A stretch of 64,000 nt of DNA from an uncultured Chroococcidiopsis sp. (lineage in GTDB: Bacteria > Cyanobacteriota > Cyanobacteriia > Cyanobacteriales > Chroococcidiopsidaceae). The notes beneath the pieces were generated by a model. That model was not told the DNA's origin and made no database searches. It saw only the letters and a program-made list of their open reading frames with translations. Positions 22,001 through 31,151 of the stretch are shown here, piece by piece (positions within the stretch are counted from its first letter, which is position 1; the number at the start of each line of letters is the position of its first letter). The stretch lies in assembly GCA_964248365.1 (NCBI GenBank), contig CAXTYC010000015.1:32001-96000 (forward strand), in the 5' to 3' direction. The position numbers and the translations under genes were made by a program.

Positions 22001-22445
22001 AAAAAATGATCCTAAAACTATGGGAATTCCGATTATTATCTTGTCTATTGTCGAAGACAAAGAACGGGGCTATCGTCTGGGAATCGAACGCTATTTAATG
22101 AAACCAATTGAAACCGAAACACTGTTACATGAAATTGGCACATTGATTTCTCAAGGCAATTCCTGCAAAAAAGTTTTAGTGGTAGATGAAGATTTGTCAA
22201 CTGTTAAAACCTTGTCTGAGGTATTACAGGCAAAAGGATACAGCGTGGTTGAGGTAACTAACGCCGAGGAACTGCGCGAAAAGGCAATGTCAGTTGTACC
22301 CTATATGATTGTTGCCAATGCCAACCTTTGGCAATCTGAAGTCATTAAAACCTTACAGTTTGAAAAAGGGTTGGAAAATGTCTTCTTTATCTTATTAGCA
22401 GACAATCTAGCTAGTAGTAAAAAAAATGAATTTTTATTACTTTAA
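19011..22445 (+). CDS. APC amino-acid permease fused to PAS-HisKA-HATPase-receiver-pseudo-receiver (hybrid sensor kinase)
   Basis: ~520-aa polytopic APC-like N-terminus ([27 protein letters not shown]), [26 protein letters not shown], receiver LDVMMP; alternative GTG start at 19002. Confidence 0.88.
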   Translation: MKSTQAGVTSAPHLPRTLNPLETYGFGLAGPPGWTGVVGLIHAALASQAIFVWIPVTLIGVLINYQVKRLGMSQVDVAGGTPNYISRLLNRYPIVARYAAIGYLLNWVSSISLNAIILTDLVQGNLEVFGITLPTMFVRVGFMLLPFILALSGTRALSILLLFFILPSIGLLVVFSLQGLGWLALSPDSPGFFPTSWGEFNFASWAKWFFFATFVTYSSETASSFVADSRRPVETLRFLDFAAWTGAIIFIGGAWVVMRLAPGAALGSSNSDDPFLNLVAASKPFWGQSASLIVTFLLGSSCLLTIATAVSNCPRILYQLALDKHLAPVFSVVSRQGVFGPALTLVFGLAMFFLLWGDVAHIVVVGNVSWFVSFTLLHLSVWLQRGRAEVLAPRLSLGIFLLEVIVLFVGGIAWEWQYFLIGLLAPVGILTIDAAIRRIRFAPFRPTWWIQRYKANTSIRIKDLLIFQVTVLIVLICGAVLIGWGFRSLLNSGTAEQSNNLILVLMMIVAFIGVAIACWTTLPQVFELELRVEERTAYLSAIIDNLADGLLVVDLNGKIVRTNPVLFTLFGFENTELSDHNFEIVFNRKVVELVEQTRKSPEKVFVAEIALTGEKTGKAVATAIMRNSSFANDKNQHNQSIGSVLLIRDITSDKEVDQMKTDFISTVSHELRTPLTSVLGFAKIIKKKLDETIFPLLSPDDKKVQRNIRQVGDNINIILSEGIRLTDLINDVLDIAKMEAGKIEWKMEPLQITEVVERAIAATSALFQQKDLKLIQEIEPGLPSVMGDRDRLIQVVINLISNAVKFTDNGSVTCTVGKDDNTITVSIIDAGIGIASSDLDKVFEKFKQVGDTLTDKPKGTGLGLPICKQIVEHHGGRIWVESELGKGSNFSFTLPISTACEMKIKTLDMDTLVKQLREHVVINSSVSAARQKNILVVDDDANIRQLLRQQLEAEGYIIREAKDGIEAIAQVKKSVPDLIILDVMMPEMSGFDVAAVLKNDPKTMGIPIIILSIVEDKERGYRLGIERYLMKPIETETLLHEIGTLISQGNSCKKVLVVDEDLSTVKTLSEVLQAKGYSVVEVTNAEELREKAMSVVPYMIVANANLWQSEVIKTLQFEKGLENVFFILLADNLASSKKNEFLLL

Positions 22446-22560
22446 ACCAATTATTACTAATAAAGAAATAGCTTGGTTAACCTTAGTACGAGTCTTGTCA
22501 AATATTGAGAGAATATTTGTAAACTTCTGAAAGTTATATTTTGATATTCAAAGGTGTTGC

Positions 22561-22938
22561 ATGAATCAGAAAATCTTGATTGTAGATGATGAACCCCATG
22601 TCAGGCTACTAATAGAGCAAACGTTGGAAGAGTTAGAAGATGAAGGAGTAGAGCTGTTATTTGCGGAAAATGGAGAATTAGCGCTAGAAATAATTAAAAA
22701 CGAAAAACCTCAACTCGTTTTTTTGGATGTGATGATGCCCAAAATGAACGGTTTTGACGTGTGCAATTGGGTTAAGCATAAATTGGGTCTTGAAGATATT
22801 TACATCGTTATGCTAACTGCTAAAGGTCAGGAATTTGATAGGCAAAAAAGCATTGAAGTTGGAGCTGATATGTATACTACCAAGCCATTTGATCCTGATG
22901 AAATTCTTAAGAAGTCCCAAGAAGTGCTGGGTATCTAA
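22561..22938 (+). CDS. Single-domain response regulator (CheY-like)
   Basis: IVDDE, FLDVMMP, MLTAKG, TKPF. Confidence 0.93.
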   Translation: MNQKILIVDDEPHVRLLIEQTLEELEDEGVELLFAENGELALEIIKNEKPQLVFLDVMMPKMNGFDVCNWVKHKLGLEDIYIVMLTAKGQEFDRQKSIEVGADMYTTKPFDPDEILKKSQEVLGI

Positions 22939-23055
22939 TAGGATTCCAGATTTTAGATTTCAAGATTGTAGAAGTATTTCCATTGGGGAATTTCAAAAAT
23001 ATTGTTTTTGCAACAATAAAAATAAATGGTGTAAAGTAATATTTTTACATATAGT

Positions 23056-23805
23056 GTGTTAAATAGTCATGGGATGTGGCATCCACCACCCATAGAATTA
23101 ACATTATCCAAGAGTGATGTTCATGTTTGGCGTGCTAGTCTCGACCAACCAGCAGGACGTATTCAACAGCTAGCACAAACTCTTTCTGCTGACGAACATC
23201 TTCGGGCGGAACGTTTCTACTTTGATCTCGATAGAGCGCGTTTTATCGTCGGTCGAGGGCTACTTAGAGCAATCCTGAGTCGTTACTTGGGTATGGCTGC
23301 CAATCAATTACAGTTTTGTTATAGCTCTCGTGGTAAACCGGATTTGACAAAAACGTCAGGTGGAGATAGGCTGCGGTTTAACTTATCTCATTCCCAAGGA
23401 CTCGTTTTGTATGCAGTGAGTTGGGATCGCTCTATTGGCATCGATCTTGAACACATTCGTCCAATTGCCGATATTGAGCAGATCGTCAAAAGCTTTTTTT
23501 CAGACTATGAAAAGACTGTCTTTGAACACCTTCCTCCACACCAAAAACAAGTAGCATTTTTTAATTGCTGGACTCGTAAGGAAGCTTTCATCAAAGCCGT
23601 TGGTGAGGGGTTGGCTTTACCCCTCGATTCTTTTGATGTCTCACTTGCTCCTGGTGAACCAGCCAGACTACTAAGAATCAAAAGCGAAAGAGCAATATCA
23701 AAGCGCTGGACACTTCAAGACTTGACGCCAGCGCCAAATTATGCTGCTGCCTTAGCTGTCGAAGGAAAAGGATGGAATTTTGCCTGTTGGGAATGGGCTG
23801 AGTGA
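23056..23805 (+). CDS. Sfp/HetI-type 4'-phosphopantetheinyl transferase
   Basis: GKP, FNLSHS, IGIDLE, WTRKEAFIKA. Confidence 0.93.
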   Translation: MLNSHGMWHPPPIELTLSKSDVHVWRASLDQPAGRIQQLAQTLSADEHLRAERFYFDLDRARFIVGRGLLRAILSRYLGMAANQLQFCYSSRGKPDLTKTSGGDRLRFNLSHSQGLVLYAVSWDRSIGIDLEHIRPIADIEQIVKSFFSDYEKTVFEHLPPHQKQVAFFNCWTRKEAFIKAVGEGLALPLDSFDVSLAPGEPARLLRIKSERAISKRWTLQDLTPAPNYAAALAVEGKGWNFACWEWAE

Positions 23806-23959
23806 GGGGCTAGAGACTAGGGATTAGGGGCTAGGGAGATGGGGAGAGGGGGAGCAAAAGGGAGCAAAAGGAAGCAAAAGGGAGCAAAAGGAAGATTCTT
23901 CTTTTCAAAATTCAAGGCTCCAAAATCCTCTAGTCCCTAGCCCCTAGCCCCTAGTCCCT
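23805..23959. repeat. STRR arrays forming an inverted arrangement between convergent genes
   Basis: GGGCTAG-type repeats, (GGAGCAAAAG)n and complementary CCCTAGC repeats. Confidence 0.75.
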
Positions 23960-24718
23960 CTAAAACCATCCTTCTTGTTCCAAGGTTTCAATCAGCTGGA
24001 GTCCTCTAGGATCGCCCACTCCTAGCAGGGAAGCTTTGGCATCTTCCCTCACTCCCAGGTCTTCATCTTCGGCAAAGGCTTGAATCAGAGCATCGATCGC
24101 AGTGGCATAAACAACGTTGGAAGGTAGTTCGCGGCATAACTGTCCAATCGACCAAGCACAGTTACTACGCACAGCAGGCACGGGATCTTGGATCAAAGCT
24201 TCAATTAGGGGTGGCATGGCTGCCAAAACAGCTTCATAACCCACCTGTGCCATTTGCGCTAAAGCACTAGCTGCCCACAGACGAACGGCAGAAATATCAG
24301 ATTTTAAAGCGGACGCTAGCGGTGCAAGGGAACGGCGATCGCGGCAGTTGCCCAAAGCCCAAACTACACCCTTACGCACATATCCATTCCAATCTCGGTT
24401 GAGTTGATTAATCAAAGGCTCCACAGCCTCTGGACTAGGATTGCGTCCAATAGCATAAGCCGCACTGACTCGTATTAATGGGCAGGCATCAGTTAGCAGG
24501 CGAATCAATTGGGGAGTTGCCCGTTTATCTTCTAGCTCACAAAAAGCTCGCGCCGCCAGCATCCTTTGTTGTGGTTCAGGGTTCTCTAGCAGGGCAAGCA
24601 TTGCCTCTGGATTAGGTTTTTCCGCCTCTGCATCGGCACTGTGAGGTTCTAGATGATCCAAGGGACTGTCTAGCTCTATTGCCGCATCGAGTAAGCTTAA
24701 GTCGTCTTCGTCATACAT
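23960..24718 (-). CDS. HEAT-repeat (PBS lyase-like) protein
   Basis: Repeated VRxxAAxALG units; DWNGYVRKGVVWALG. Confidence 0.85.
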   Translation of the reverse strand: MYDEDDLSLLDAAIELDSPLDHLEPHSADAEAEKPNPEAMLALLENPEPQQRMLAARAFCELEDKRATPQLIRLLTDACPLIRVSAAYAIGRNPSPEAVEPLINQLNRDWNGYVRKGVVWALGNCRDRRSLAPLASALKSDISAVRLWAASALAQMAQVGYEAVLAAMPPLIEALIQDPVPAVRSNCAWSIGQLCRELPSNVVYATAIDALIQAFAEDEDLGVREDAKASLLGVGDPRGLQLIETLEQEGWF

Positions 24719-24891
24719 GAGTGATCAGTATTCTACACCCATTCACCATTTTGGCTTCAGTGGGTACATTTAAACTAGCTACAATGATTTTACTTTGCCA
24801 TTACCTAACCAATAACTTTTATCCGAATCGGTTGAAACATATCTTCTTTGTTCCTTCTGACTCGATATAATTAAATAATCGCCCCGAATGC

Positions 24892-25422
24892 TCACGATCG
24901 CACTTGCTTGACCATCCAAAGGGACACAGTTTGATAACCGAGTTGGTGGTAAAGATTTAATGCTGCTGCGTTGGATTGAAAGACTTGCAAACCAATAGAG
25001 CGATCCCCCCTAGCACTTGCCCAGTGTTCTACCCTATGCATCAAACCCGTGCCTATACCTCGTCGCCGATGTGACGGTTTGACGTAGAGTAGGAAGATGT
25101 GAGCATGGCGATCGCCTCGTACTTGATCTATAGCATTACCCACCCAGAGGCATCCAATTGGGGCAGGCGTTGCCCCGCAAGCTGAGGGGGTAGATTCTTC
25201 CTCTTGCCCCTCGCCTCTTGCCCCTTGCCCCTTGCCTAAAGATTCTACCCACCAAAGGGGTGTTTCTTTGGAGAAGAATTGTTCGACTGTTTGGGCTAGG
25301 TGGGAAAAATCTTGCTCTGGAAACAACTCTTGATAAGTCAACTGCATAAACTTTACTAGCAGCGCCCGATCAAGGCTAGAGCCAGCGTGTATGGTGTAAC
25401 CAGGTAGCAGTTGTTCAGACAC
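24892..25422 (-). CDS. GNAT-family N-acetyltransferase with a repeat-derived insert
   Basis: LYVKPSHRRRGIGTGLM, N..ALNLYHQLGY. Confidence 0.88.
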   Translation of the reverse strand: MSEQLLPGYTIHAGSSLDRALLVKFMQLTYQELFPEQDFSHLAQTVEQFFSKETPLWWVESLGKGQGARGEGQEEESTPSACGATPAPIGCLWVGNAIDQVRGDRHAHIFLLYVKPSHRRRGIGTGLMHRVEHWASARGDRSIGLQVFQSNAAALNLYHQLGYQTVSLWMVKQVRS

Positions 25423-25436
25423 TAAAACTAATACGT

Positions 25437-25643
25437 TTAAGCTTGGTTATTTTCAAGTTGCACTAATGCCACAGCCCCTGAAAACTCAGCTTGGGCATTT
25501 TTAGGATTGGGATTGATTGTTTCTGTTGGTGCTGGGGCTGCCATATCTGTGGGTAGAAAGATTCTGGCGCTGACTGCAATTAGTGCCACCAAAAATACCA
25601 GTATTACGAGTAACGGAGCAATATACTGTCGAATGATAGCCAT
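25437..25643 (-). CDS. Small single-TM cyanobacterial protein
   Basis: MAIIRQYIAPLLVILVFLVALIAVSARIFLPTDMAAPAP; the longer track ORF overlaps ampG, so ATG 25643 is preferred. Confidence 0.7.
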   Translation of the reverse strand: MAIIRQYIAPLLVILVFLVALIAVSARIFLPTDMAAPAPTETINPNPKNAQAEFSGAVALVQLENNQA

Positions 25644-25726
25644 GTTTATAGCTGTAAGAGGTAGCTGAAGATTTGTTAATTTATCTGTTTCTATCCTACA
25701 ACTGATGAAAGTCTTCTTCTTCCAGT

Positions 25727-26989
25727 TCAGGGCTTGGCGATGGGATTTGGTTGGGGATTCCAAGGAGCAAAAAACGGCAGCAGCATTAATCCTGGCAAAG
25801 CCCCTGCGGCTGTAATCAGGAAGAACAAAGACCAACCAGTAGCTTCTGCCCATGCGCCAGCTGGTGCTGTCAGAATATCTCGGCTAAAAGCTTGCAAACT
25901 TGAAAGCAAAGCATACTGAGTGGCTGAAAAAGCCGGATTACACAGACTCATCAAAAACGCTACGAAAGCAGCAGATTCTAAACCAGCACAAAAATTTTCA
26001 ATATTAATTGCTGCCACCATCAAAGGGTAATTTTTACCCACCACTGCCAAAGCAAAGTAGGCAAGGTTGCCAACAGCTTGCAAAATAGCAAAGATCCACA
26101 AAGAGCGATTAATGCCAATTTTAGTCATCAATGCTCCCCCTGCCAAAGTGCCGACAATAACAGCGAAAATCCCCAAAGCGTTGGGAAATGCTAATTCGGG
26201 TTCGGTAAAATTTAAACCTTTGGCTAACAAAAATGGAGTGGCTACATTCTTGAGTAAAGAATCTCCCAACTTATAGATGACAATGAACAGCAAAATGAAA
26301 ACTGCTTGCAAAGAGCCATTACGCTGGAAAAATTCAATAAAAGGTAATGTGACAGCATCATATAAACTAGCAGGAGGGCGATCGCGTCCTATTGGCTCAG
26401 GAGCGAATATACTACTTACCAAGCCCACAAGCATCAATAACGACATCAACAAGTAAACAGCTTGCCAGGGCATAAAACCTGCCAAAAACAGAGTTAAAGA
26501 ACTCGTAATCAAAACAGCAATACGATAGCCCAGAAGGAACATTGACGCTCCTGCACCTCGTTCTGGTTCCTCTAATACATCAGTGCGGTAGGCATCAACC
26601 GAAATATCTTGACTTGCACTTAAAAAAGCAACTATTATAGCACTAATTCCCAACAATTGCAAACCCTGCTCTGGTTTTTGTAAAGCCATCGCAGCGATCG
26701 CCACGAGCAAAGCTCCTTGTGTCAAAACCAGCCAACCCCGCCGCCGCCCCAAAAACGGCGGTACATATCGATCCAGTAAAGGAGACCACAAGAATTTTAA
26801 CGAATAGGGCAACGCCACCAGACTAAAAGCACCAATCGCAGTCAAACTAACCCCTTCTTTCGTCAACCAAGCCTGGATAGGTGTCTTACTAGTTAGATAA
26901 AACGGCAAACCTGACGAAAAACCCAAAAACAACAAAGCCGCCATTTTGCGACTTTGAAAAACGTGCAGCAGCGATTTAACTGTTCTCAC
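25727..26989 (-). CDS. ampG: AmpG muropeptide MFS permease
   Basis: LGFSSGLP, KFLWSPLLDR, GRRRGW, SASQDISVDAYR, ATQYALLSSL. Confidence 0.92.
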   Translation of the reverse strand: MRTVKSLLHVFQSRKMAALLFLGFSSGLPFYLTSKTPIQAWLTKEGVSLTAIGAFSLVALPYSLKFLWSPLLDRYVPPFLGRRRGWLVLTQGALLVAIAAMALQKPEQGLQLLGISAIIVAFLSASQDISVDAYRTDVLEEPERGAGASMFLLGYRIAVLITSSLTLFLAGFMPWQAVYLLMSLLMLVGLVSSIFAPEPIGRDRPPASLYDAVTLPFIEFFQRNGSLQAVFILLFIVIYKLGDSLLKNVATPFLLAKGLNFTEPELAFPNALGIFAVIVGTLAGGALMTKIGINRSLWIFAILQAVGNLAYFALAVVGKNYPLMVAAINIENFCAGLESAAFVAFLMSLCNPAFSATQYALLSSLQAFSRDILTAPAGAWAEATGWSLFFLITAAGALPGLMLLPFFAPWNPQPNPIAKP

Positions 26990-27090
26990 CCTTCAAAAAC
27001 TCCAACGTGCATCACTCCTGTTCTCACTCAAAAGCTGCTCCGAAAAACTCACCCCCAGCTTGGCAAATAATTTCGGGTATCTTTCTCGCA

Positions 27091-28626
27091 CTAACTTGTT
27101 ATACTCTCTTCGCAACTCTCCCCTTCCTCTCTCTGCGTCCTCTGCGCCTTTGCGGTTCGTTTTAAAGATATCACTCGCTCCCCCCTAATCTCCACCTGAC
27201 GCTCTTCCAACCATTTTTGCCAACCATCACGAGTACCAATCGAACGAGAATTTTTCAGCAAGCCTAACTTCTCTTCGAGGCGAGTCAGATTAGCAAATCG
27301 CTCATACAAAGGATAGCTAGGAGTAACAAAAGTTTCCTTGCGGTGCAAAATGGGCGGATTAGCTGTATTCTCGTAATTGCGATAAGTTACCGTCAAATCG
27401 CGCAAGTTAACTTGCATACTAGTATGCAAAGCTGGATGGGGATCGGTATCGAATTCGGGGTAAAACAGATACGATATTTTAGGTTTATTGGTATAAAACT
27501 TAACTAAAGTAGCCAATTCTAATCGCCCAATTGCGCGGCTAGCACAGCCTTCGTATATTCGCAGGAGGGGATCGAGTGAGGCGATCGCGCTCACATGAAC
27601 GTACAAAGCAGTAGGTAAGTGCTTACCAATCTTACTCTTGAGGCAGCTTTTAGCAACCACACCAGGCTTACCCAAACTAAAAAGCATTTTGTCAGCTACT
27701 TCACAAGCTTCTTGATAATCACCAAAAAAGGCTTTGATGTCGTGGCGAATTTCTGGTGCTAACTGCAACGGTGTAGGGCGTTGACCCAAAGAGCTAAGAG
27801 CTAGATATACTAATATATCAAGTGAGTGACGATAGGCGATCGCATCCCAATCAGCTTCATCTGTGGCTTGCAAAATCACTTTAAAGGCACGGCGAAGGCT
27901 ACCAAATTCGCTCACCAGTTGTGGTTCATCTGGCAACTCACCTTTGACAGGTAATCTTCCCCGTTCAGTCACAAAAGCCATCAGCGGTGCTAGCTGTTCT
28001 TGATAGTCCTCAAAGCGTTTACTGGGAATACGCACTCTAGGTGTTGTAGTTCCAGAGCGAAAGCGCAAAGCGCGAAAACTTTCTCGCTCTTGCTCAGAGC
28101 GAAAGACAAAATAGATGCCTAGTGCCACTGGCACTGCATCTACATTTAACACTTCATCAATGTAATTTTTCAGTTCTTCTTGGTCGTAATATTTTTGGAA
28201 CGTGTTACGGCGAGTAATGATGCCGTCTGCGTAAGCTATTTGATTGCTACTGCGGTCATTAATCAGTACTTGGGCAGAGACAATTAAAACTTTGCGGGTA
28301 AGTTCCCAAGCATTTATTAAGGCTTGACGGCGCTCATCTAAATCTTCAATCACGTTGAGGACGTAGCCCAGATTAACTATGTCAGATGGTATGCGTGGGG
28401 CTTGGGGACGGTAATACGGGTCCCAACCAGCGCAGGTGTAGTTTAGCTTAGCTATTCGTTCAAGATCGCCACCATGACCACATCCATAATCAAAAAATGT
28501 GGTATCGTTATTTAAGATTGCCGATTCTATTGCTAATCGCACAGGACGAGAAAGTTCAGGGCGAAACATAGCGGCTCGATGGCGTTCGATCTCTAGTGGT
28601 TCTGATTGGTAGCTAGACTCGACCAT
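27091..28626 (-). CDS. DNA phosphorothioation-associated putative methyltransferase (TIGR04096-like)
   Basis: ERHRAAM, FDYGCGHGGD, WDPYY, VNLGYVLNVIE, FQKYY, PPILHRKE; overlaps the dndE stop. Confidence 0.88.
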   Translation of the reverse strand: MVESSYQSEPLEIERHRAAMFRPELSRPVRLAIESAILNNDTTFFDYGCGHGGDLERIAKLNYTCAGWDPYYRPQAPRIPSDIVNLGYVLNVIEDLDERRQALINAWELTRKVLIVSAQVLINDRSSNQIAYADGIITRRNTFQKYYDQEELKNYIDEVLNVDAVPVALGIYFVFRSEQERESFRALRFRSGTTTPRVRIPSKRFEDYQEQLAPLMAFVTERGRLPVKGELPDEPQLVSEFGSLRRAFKVILQATDEADWDAIAYRHSLDILVYLALSSLGQRPTPLQLAPEIRHDIKAFFGDYQEACEVADKMLFSLGKPGVVAKSCLKSKIGKHLPTALYVHVSAIASLDPLLRIYEGCASRAIGRLELATLVKFYTNKPKISYLFYPEFDTDPHPALHTSMQVNLRDLTVTYRNYENTANPPILHRKETFVTPSYPLYERFANLTRLEEKLGLLKNSRSIGTRDGWQKWLEERQVEIRGERVISLKRTAKAQRTQREEGESCEESITS

Positions 28627-29011
28627 GAGAGTGTAAAGCAATTGCGATTAAGTCTTCGATTTTTTTGATGTTAGGATCGCCCGCCAAATAGCCAATACCG
28701 CGATGCAGGTGCAGGCGAAATTGCATGGCGAGGGTTTCCTTGTCAGTGCCTAAGTTGTCATTGTAGCAGCGTTGTTTGAGGGCAAGTAGAAGGATATCTG
28801 ACATTTCTCCCCCAAAGACACGCCAAGTCATCTCGACGTTGCTATCTGTTGGAATTGGCACGGGTGAGGGTATAGTTGGTTCTGCCAGGGAACGACAGAA
28901 CGCCCAGCGACACAATATGTTCCATTGGTCGATTTTCGTGCTGCGTTTGAGTTTGGTAAGTTGATCTTTGGCTGTTTGGGAAAGGCGAATTCTTTCAATA
29001 GGTGATTCCAT
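28613..29011 (-). CDS. dndE: DNA sulfur modification protein DndE
   Basis: IRLSQTAKDQLTKLKR, WNILCRWAFCRSL, HLHRGIGYL; follows dndD. Confidence 0.9.
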   Translation of the reverse strand: MESPIERIRLSQTAKDQLTKLKRSTKIDQWNILCRWAFCRSLAEPTIPSPVPIPTDSNVEMTWRVFGGEMSDILLLALKQRCYNDNLGTDKETLAMQFRLHLHRGIGYLAGDPNIKKIEDLIAIALHSHGRV

Positions 29012-29063
29012 AATATTGGTAGTTGGTAGTTGGTAATTGGTATAACTCATTACCCATTACCCA

Positions 29064-31070
29064 TTACCAAAAATATCCAGGTTGTATGGTTGTTTGACGG
29101 TTGGATGAGTCGTATTTTAGAAGATATTCGCGGGCGATCGCTTCGTTTGAGCGTAGTTTTTTGACTTCGTTTTCTCCTATTTCGGTGTCCGTAGAAAGTA
29201 GGATTACTTGATGGCTGGCGGATGGGAAATATCTTTCAACTAGGTTTTGGCGGTGGGAGGAGTCAAGCCGACCTAGTGGAGTATCAATTGCTACTGGTAA
29301 TCTTCTTCCTGAGACACGGGCTAATCCCCAGAGAAAGGCGATCGCCAGGAGTTGTTTTTCTCCTGCTGAGAGGCGATGTTTGGGTACTGGTTTCGAGTGC
29401 AAGTCGTAGAGGGAAAGGCTGAAGGTATGGGTGTCAATGGCGACACGATGCACTAAGTCAGATTTGTGCAGCAGGTAGCGGAAGCATTCGGTTACTTCCA
29501 ACTCTAGTTTATTCAGTTTTCTGAGTGTTAATCGTTCTCGGAAAAGTTTGAGTGTTTCTTGAACTTTAGCAGAGGCGGTGATAATATGCTCGTTATTTTT
29601 GCGAGCAATGTTTTTTTCTGTATATTGTTCTAAGTCTTTTTTTGTTTTGTTAATATTAGCGGTTAATTCATCTAAACGGCGTTTTGCTGTTTCGTAGTTA
29701 GCCTTAGCTTCAACAACTTCGGTTTGTGCTTGTTCAAGCACGTCTACTAGCTTTTGATAAGCTTCTGGTGATGCAGCAGTAAGTACTTGTCTTTCAATTG
29801 TTATAATTTCTTCTTCCTTATTTTTGAGCAAGTTTATTTTTTCTTGGGCAGCATCTTTGACAGAGCGCAAGTAGTAATTTAGAATATTAGATAGTTGATT
29901 TAAAGTTTCAGTATCAGGTAATAACCAGAAATTTTCAGTTTCGGTTGTTTCTTGCTCAAGCACTTGATTTTCTTGATTGAGAAAATATTTGATTTTGTCA
30001 ATCTGTTCATCTGATATAGCTAATTGACTAATCCAATTGATTAGGCGTTGATCTCGCTCAAGTAATATATCTCGTGCTATATGTGCTTGTTGACGGCGAA
30101 ATTCTTGTTCTGCTTGAGATAGAGTTTTAGTAAGTAGTGGTTCAATTAACGCCAGAGGTAAAATATCAGCGGCTAATTCACACATAGCCATCCGCGCTTG
30201 TTCTGCTTGGGCAGTTATTTCCCATTGCTGTTTTTCTAGGGTGGGGCGATCGCCTGCAATTTTACCACCTTCTGAAACGAATTTATCAAATGCGAGTTGC
30301 TGCTGTTTTTCTGCTATTTCTAACTTCTTTTGTAAAGTCTCTAAATTTCGCGTTTCTACATTGTATTCTTCTTGTTGATGTTTCAGCTTTTGTTCGATTT
30401 CCTCTAAGTTCGCCAACTCTTGTGTATCAGCAAGCGCTTTTCGTTTACGGTTGACTAAAATTTCTAAATCAACTGCCAAACGTTCAGCCAGTTCTAGCCC
30501 TAACAGTCCGCGAATTGCATCTACTACAACTGGTGGCGGTACTTCTGCTTGAGCGAGTTCTTTAACTTGTTCACCATCAAAGAGAAACAAGTTAGAAATT
30601 CCTACTGGCAGTAAATTTTCAATATACTCATCCCAGATATTAGCTAAGGCTGATTCGATCCATTCCGTACTACCCAAAATGCCTAAGCTGTCTTTACCAT
30701 CTTTAGGGTTTTTTTCCCAAGTTCGTACAATGCGGTATTGTACAGGCTTATCGTTTTCAATGTGTTCAAAAACCAATTCAATTCGAGTTTTACCTGCTGG
30801 TGGAGTATGGCTATTAACGCATTGGGTAAGAAAGTCACTATAACTCAAGTTGCCCCTCGTAGAACATTCGGCACGATGTCCATAAAGAGCAAGGCGAATA
30901 GCATCCAAAAGTGTTGTTTTTCCTCCACCATTCATCCCACCTAATAGGATGATTGGGCGAGAATTTTTATTATCGTTCTCAGGATCAGCCTGGGAATGGG
31001 GAGAGAGATTGATGACTTGTCGCCCACAGTAGGGACCAAAGTTTTGTAGTACAAGTTCGAGAAATATCAC
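29064..31070 (-). CDS. dndD: DNA sulfur modification ATPase DndD
   Basis: GMNGGGKTT, FLFDGEQ, coiled coil, LSAGEKQ, IDTPLGRLD, HQVILLSTDTE. Confidence 0.93.
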   Translation of the reverse strand: MIFLELVLQNFGPYCGRQVINLSPHSQADPENDNKNSRPIILLGGMNGGGKTTLLDAIRLALYGHRAECSTRGNLSYSDFLTQCVNSHTPPAGKTRIELVFEHIENDKPVQYRIVRTWEKNPKDGKDSLGILGSTEWIESALANIWDEYIENLLPVGISNLFLFDGEQVKELAQAEVPPPVVVDAIRGLLGLELAERLAVDLEILVNRKRKALADTQELANLEEIEQKLKHQQEEYNVETRNLETLQKKLEIAEKQQQLAFDKFVSEGGKIAGDRPTLEKQQWEITAQAEQARMAMCELAADILPLALIEPLLTKTLSQAEQEFRRQQAHIARDILLERDQRLINWISQLAISDEQIDKIKYFLNQENQVLEQETTETENFWLLPDTETLNQLSNILNYYLRSVKDAAQEKINLLKNKEEEIITIERQVLTAASPEAYQKLVDVLEQAQTEVVEAKANYETAKRRLDELTANINKTKKDLEQYTEKNIARKNNEHIITASAKVQETLKLFRERLTLRKLNKLELEVTECFRYLLHKSDLVHRVAIDTHTFSLSLYDLHSKPVPKHRLSAGEKQLLAIAFLWGLARVSGRRLPVAIDTPLGRLDSSHRQNLVERYFPSASHQVILLSTDTEIGENEVKKLRSNEAIAREYLLKYDSSNRQTTIQPGYFW

Positions 31071-31151
31071 AGTGAGTAGTGGGTAGAGAAGTAGAGAAGT
31101 AGAGACGTAGAGAAGTAAAGAAGTAGCAATGCTACGTCTCTACTTCTCTAC

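Noticed and set aside
25644..25853. N-terminal extension of ORF 25437-25853
   Set aside because: Overlaps the ampG 3' end in another frame; the plausible protein starts at ATG 25643
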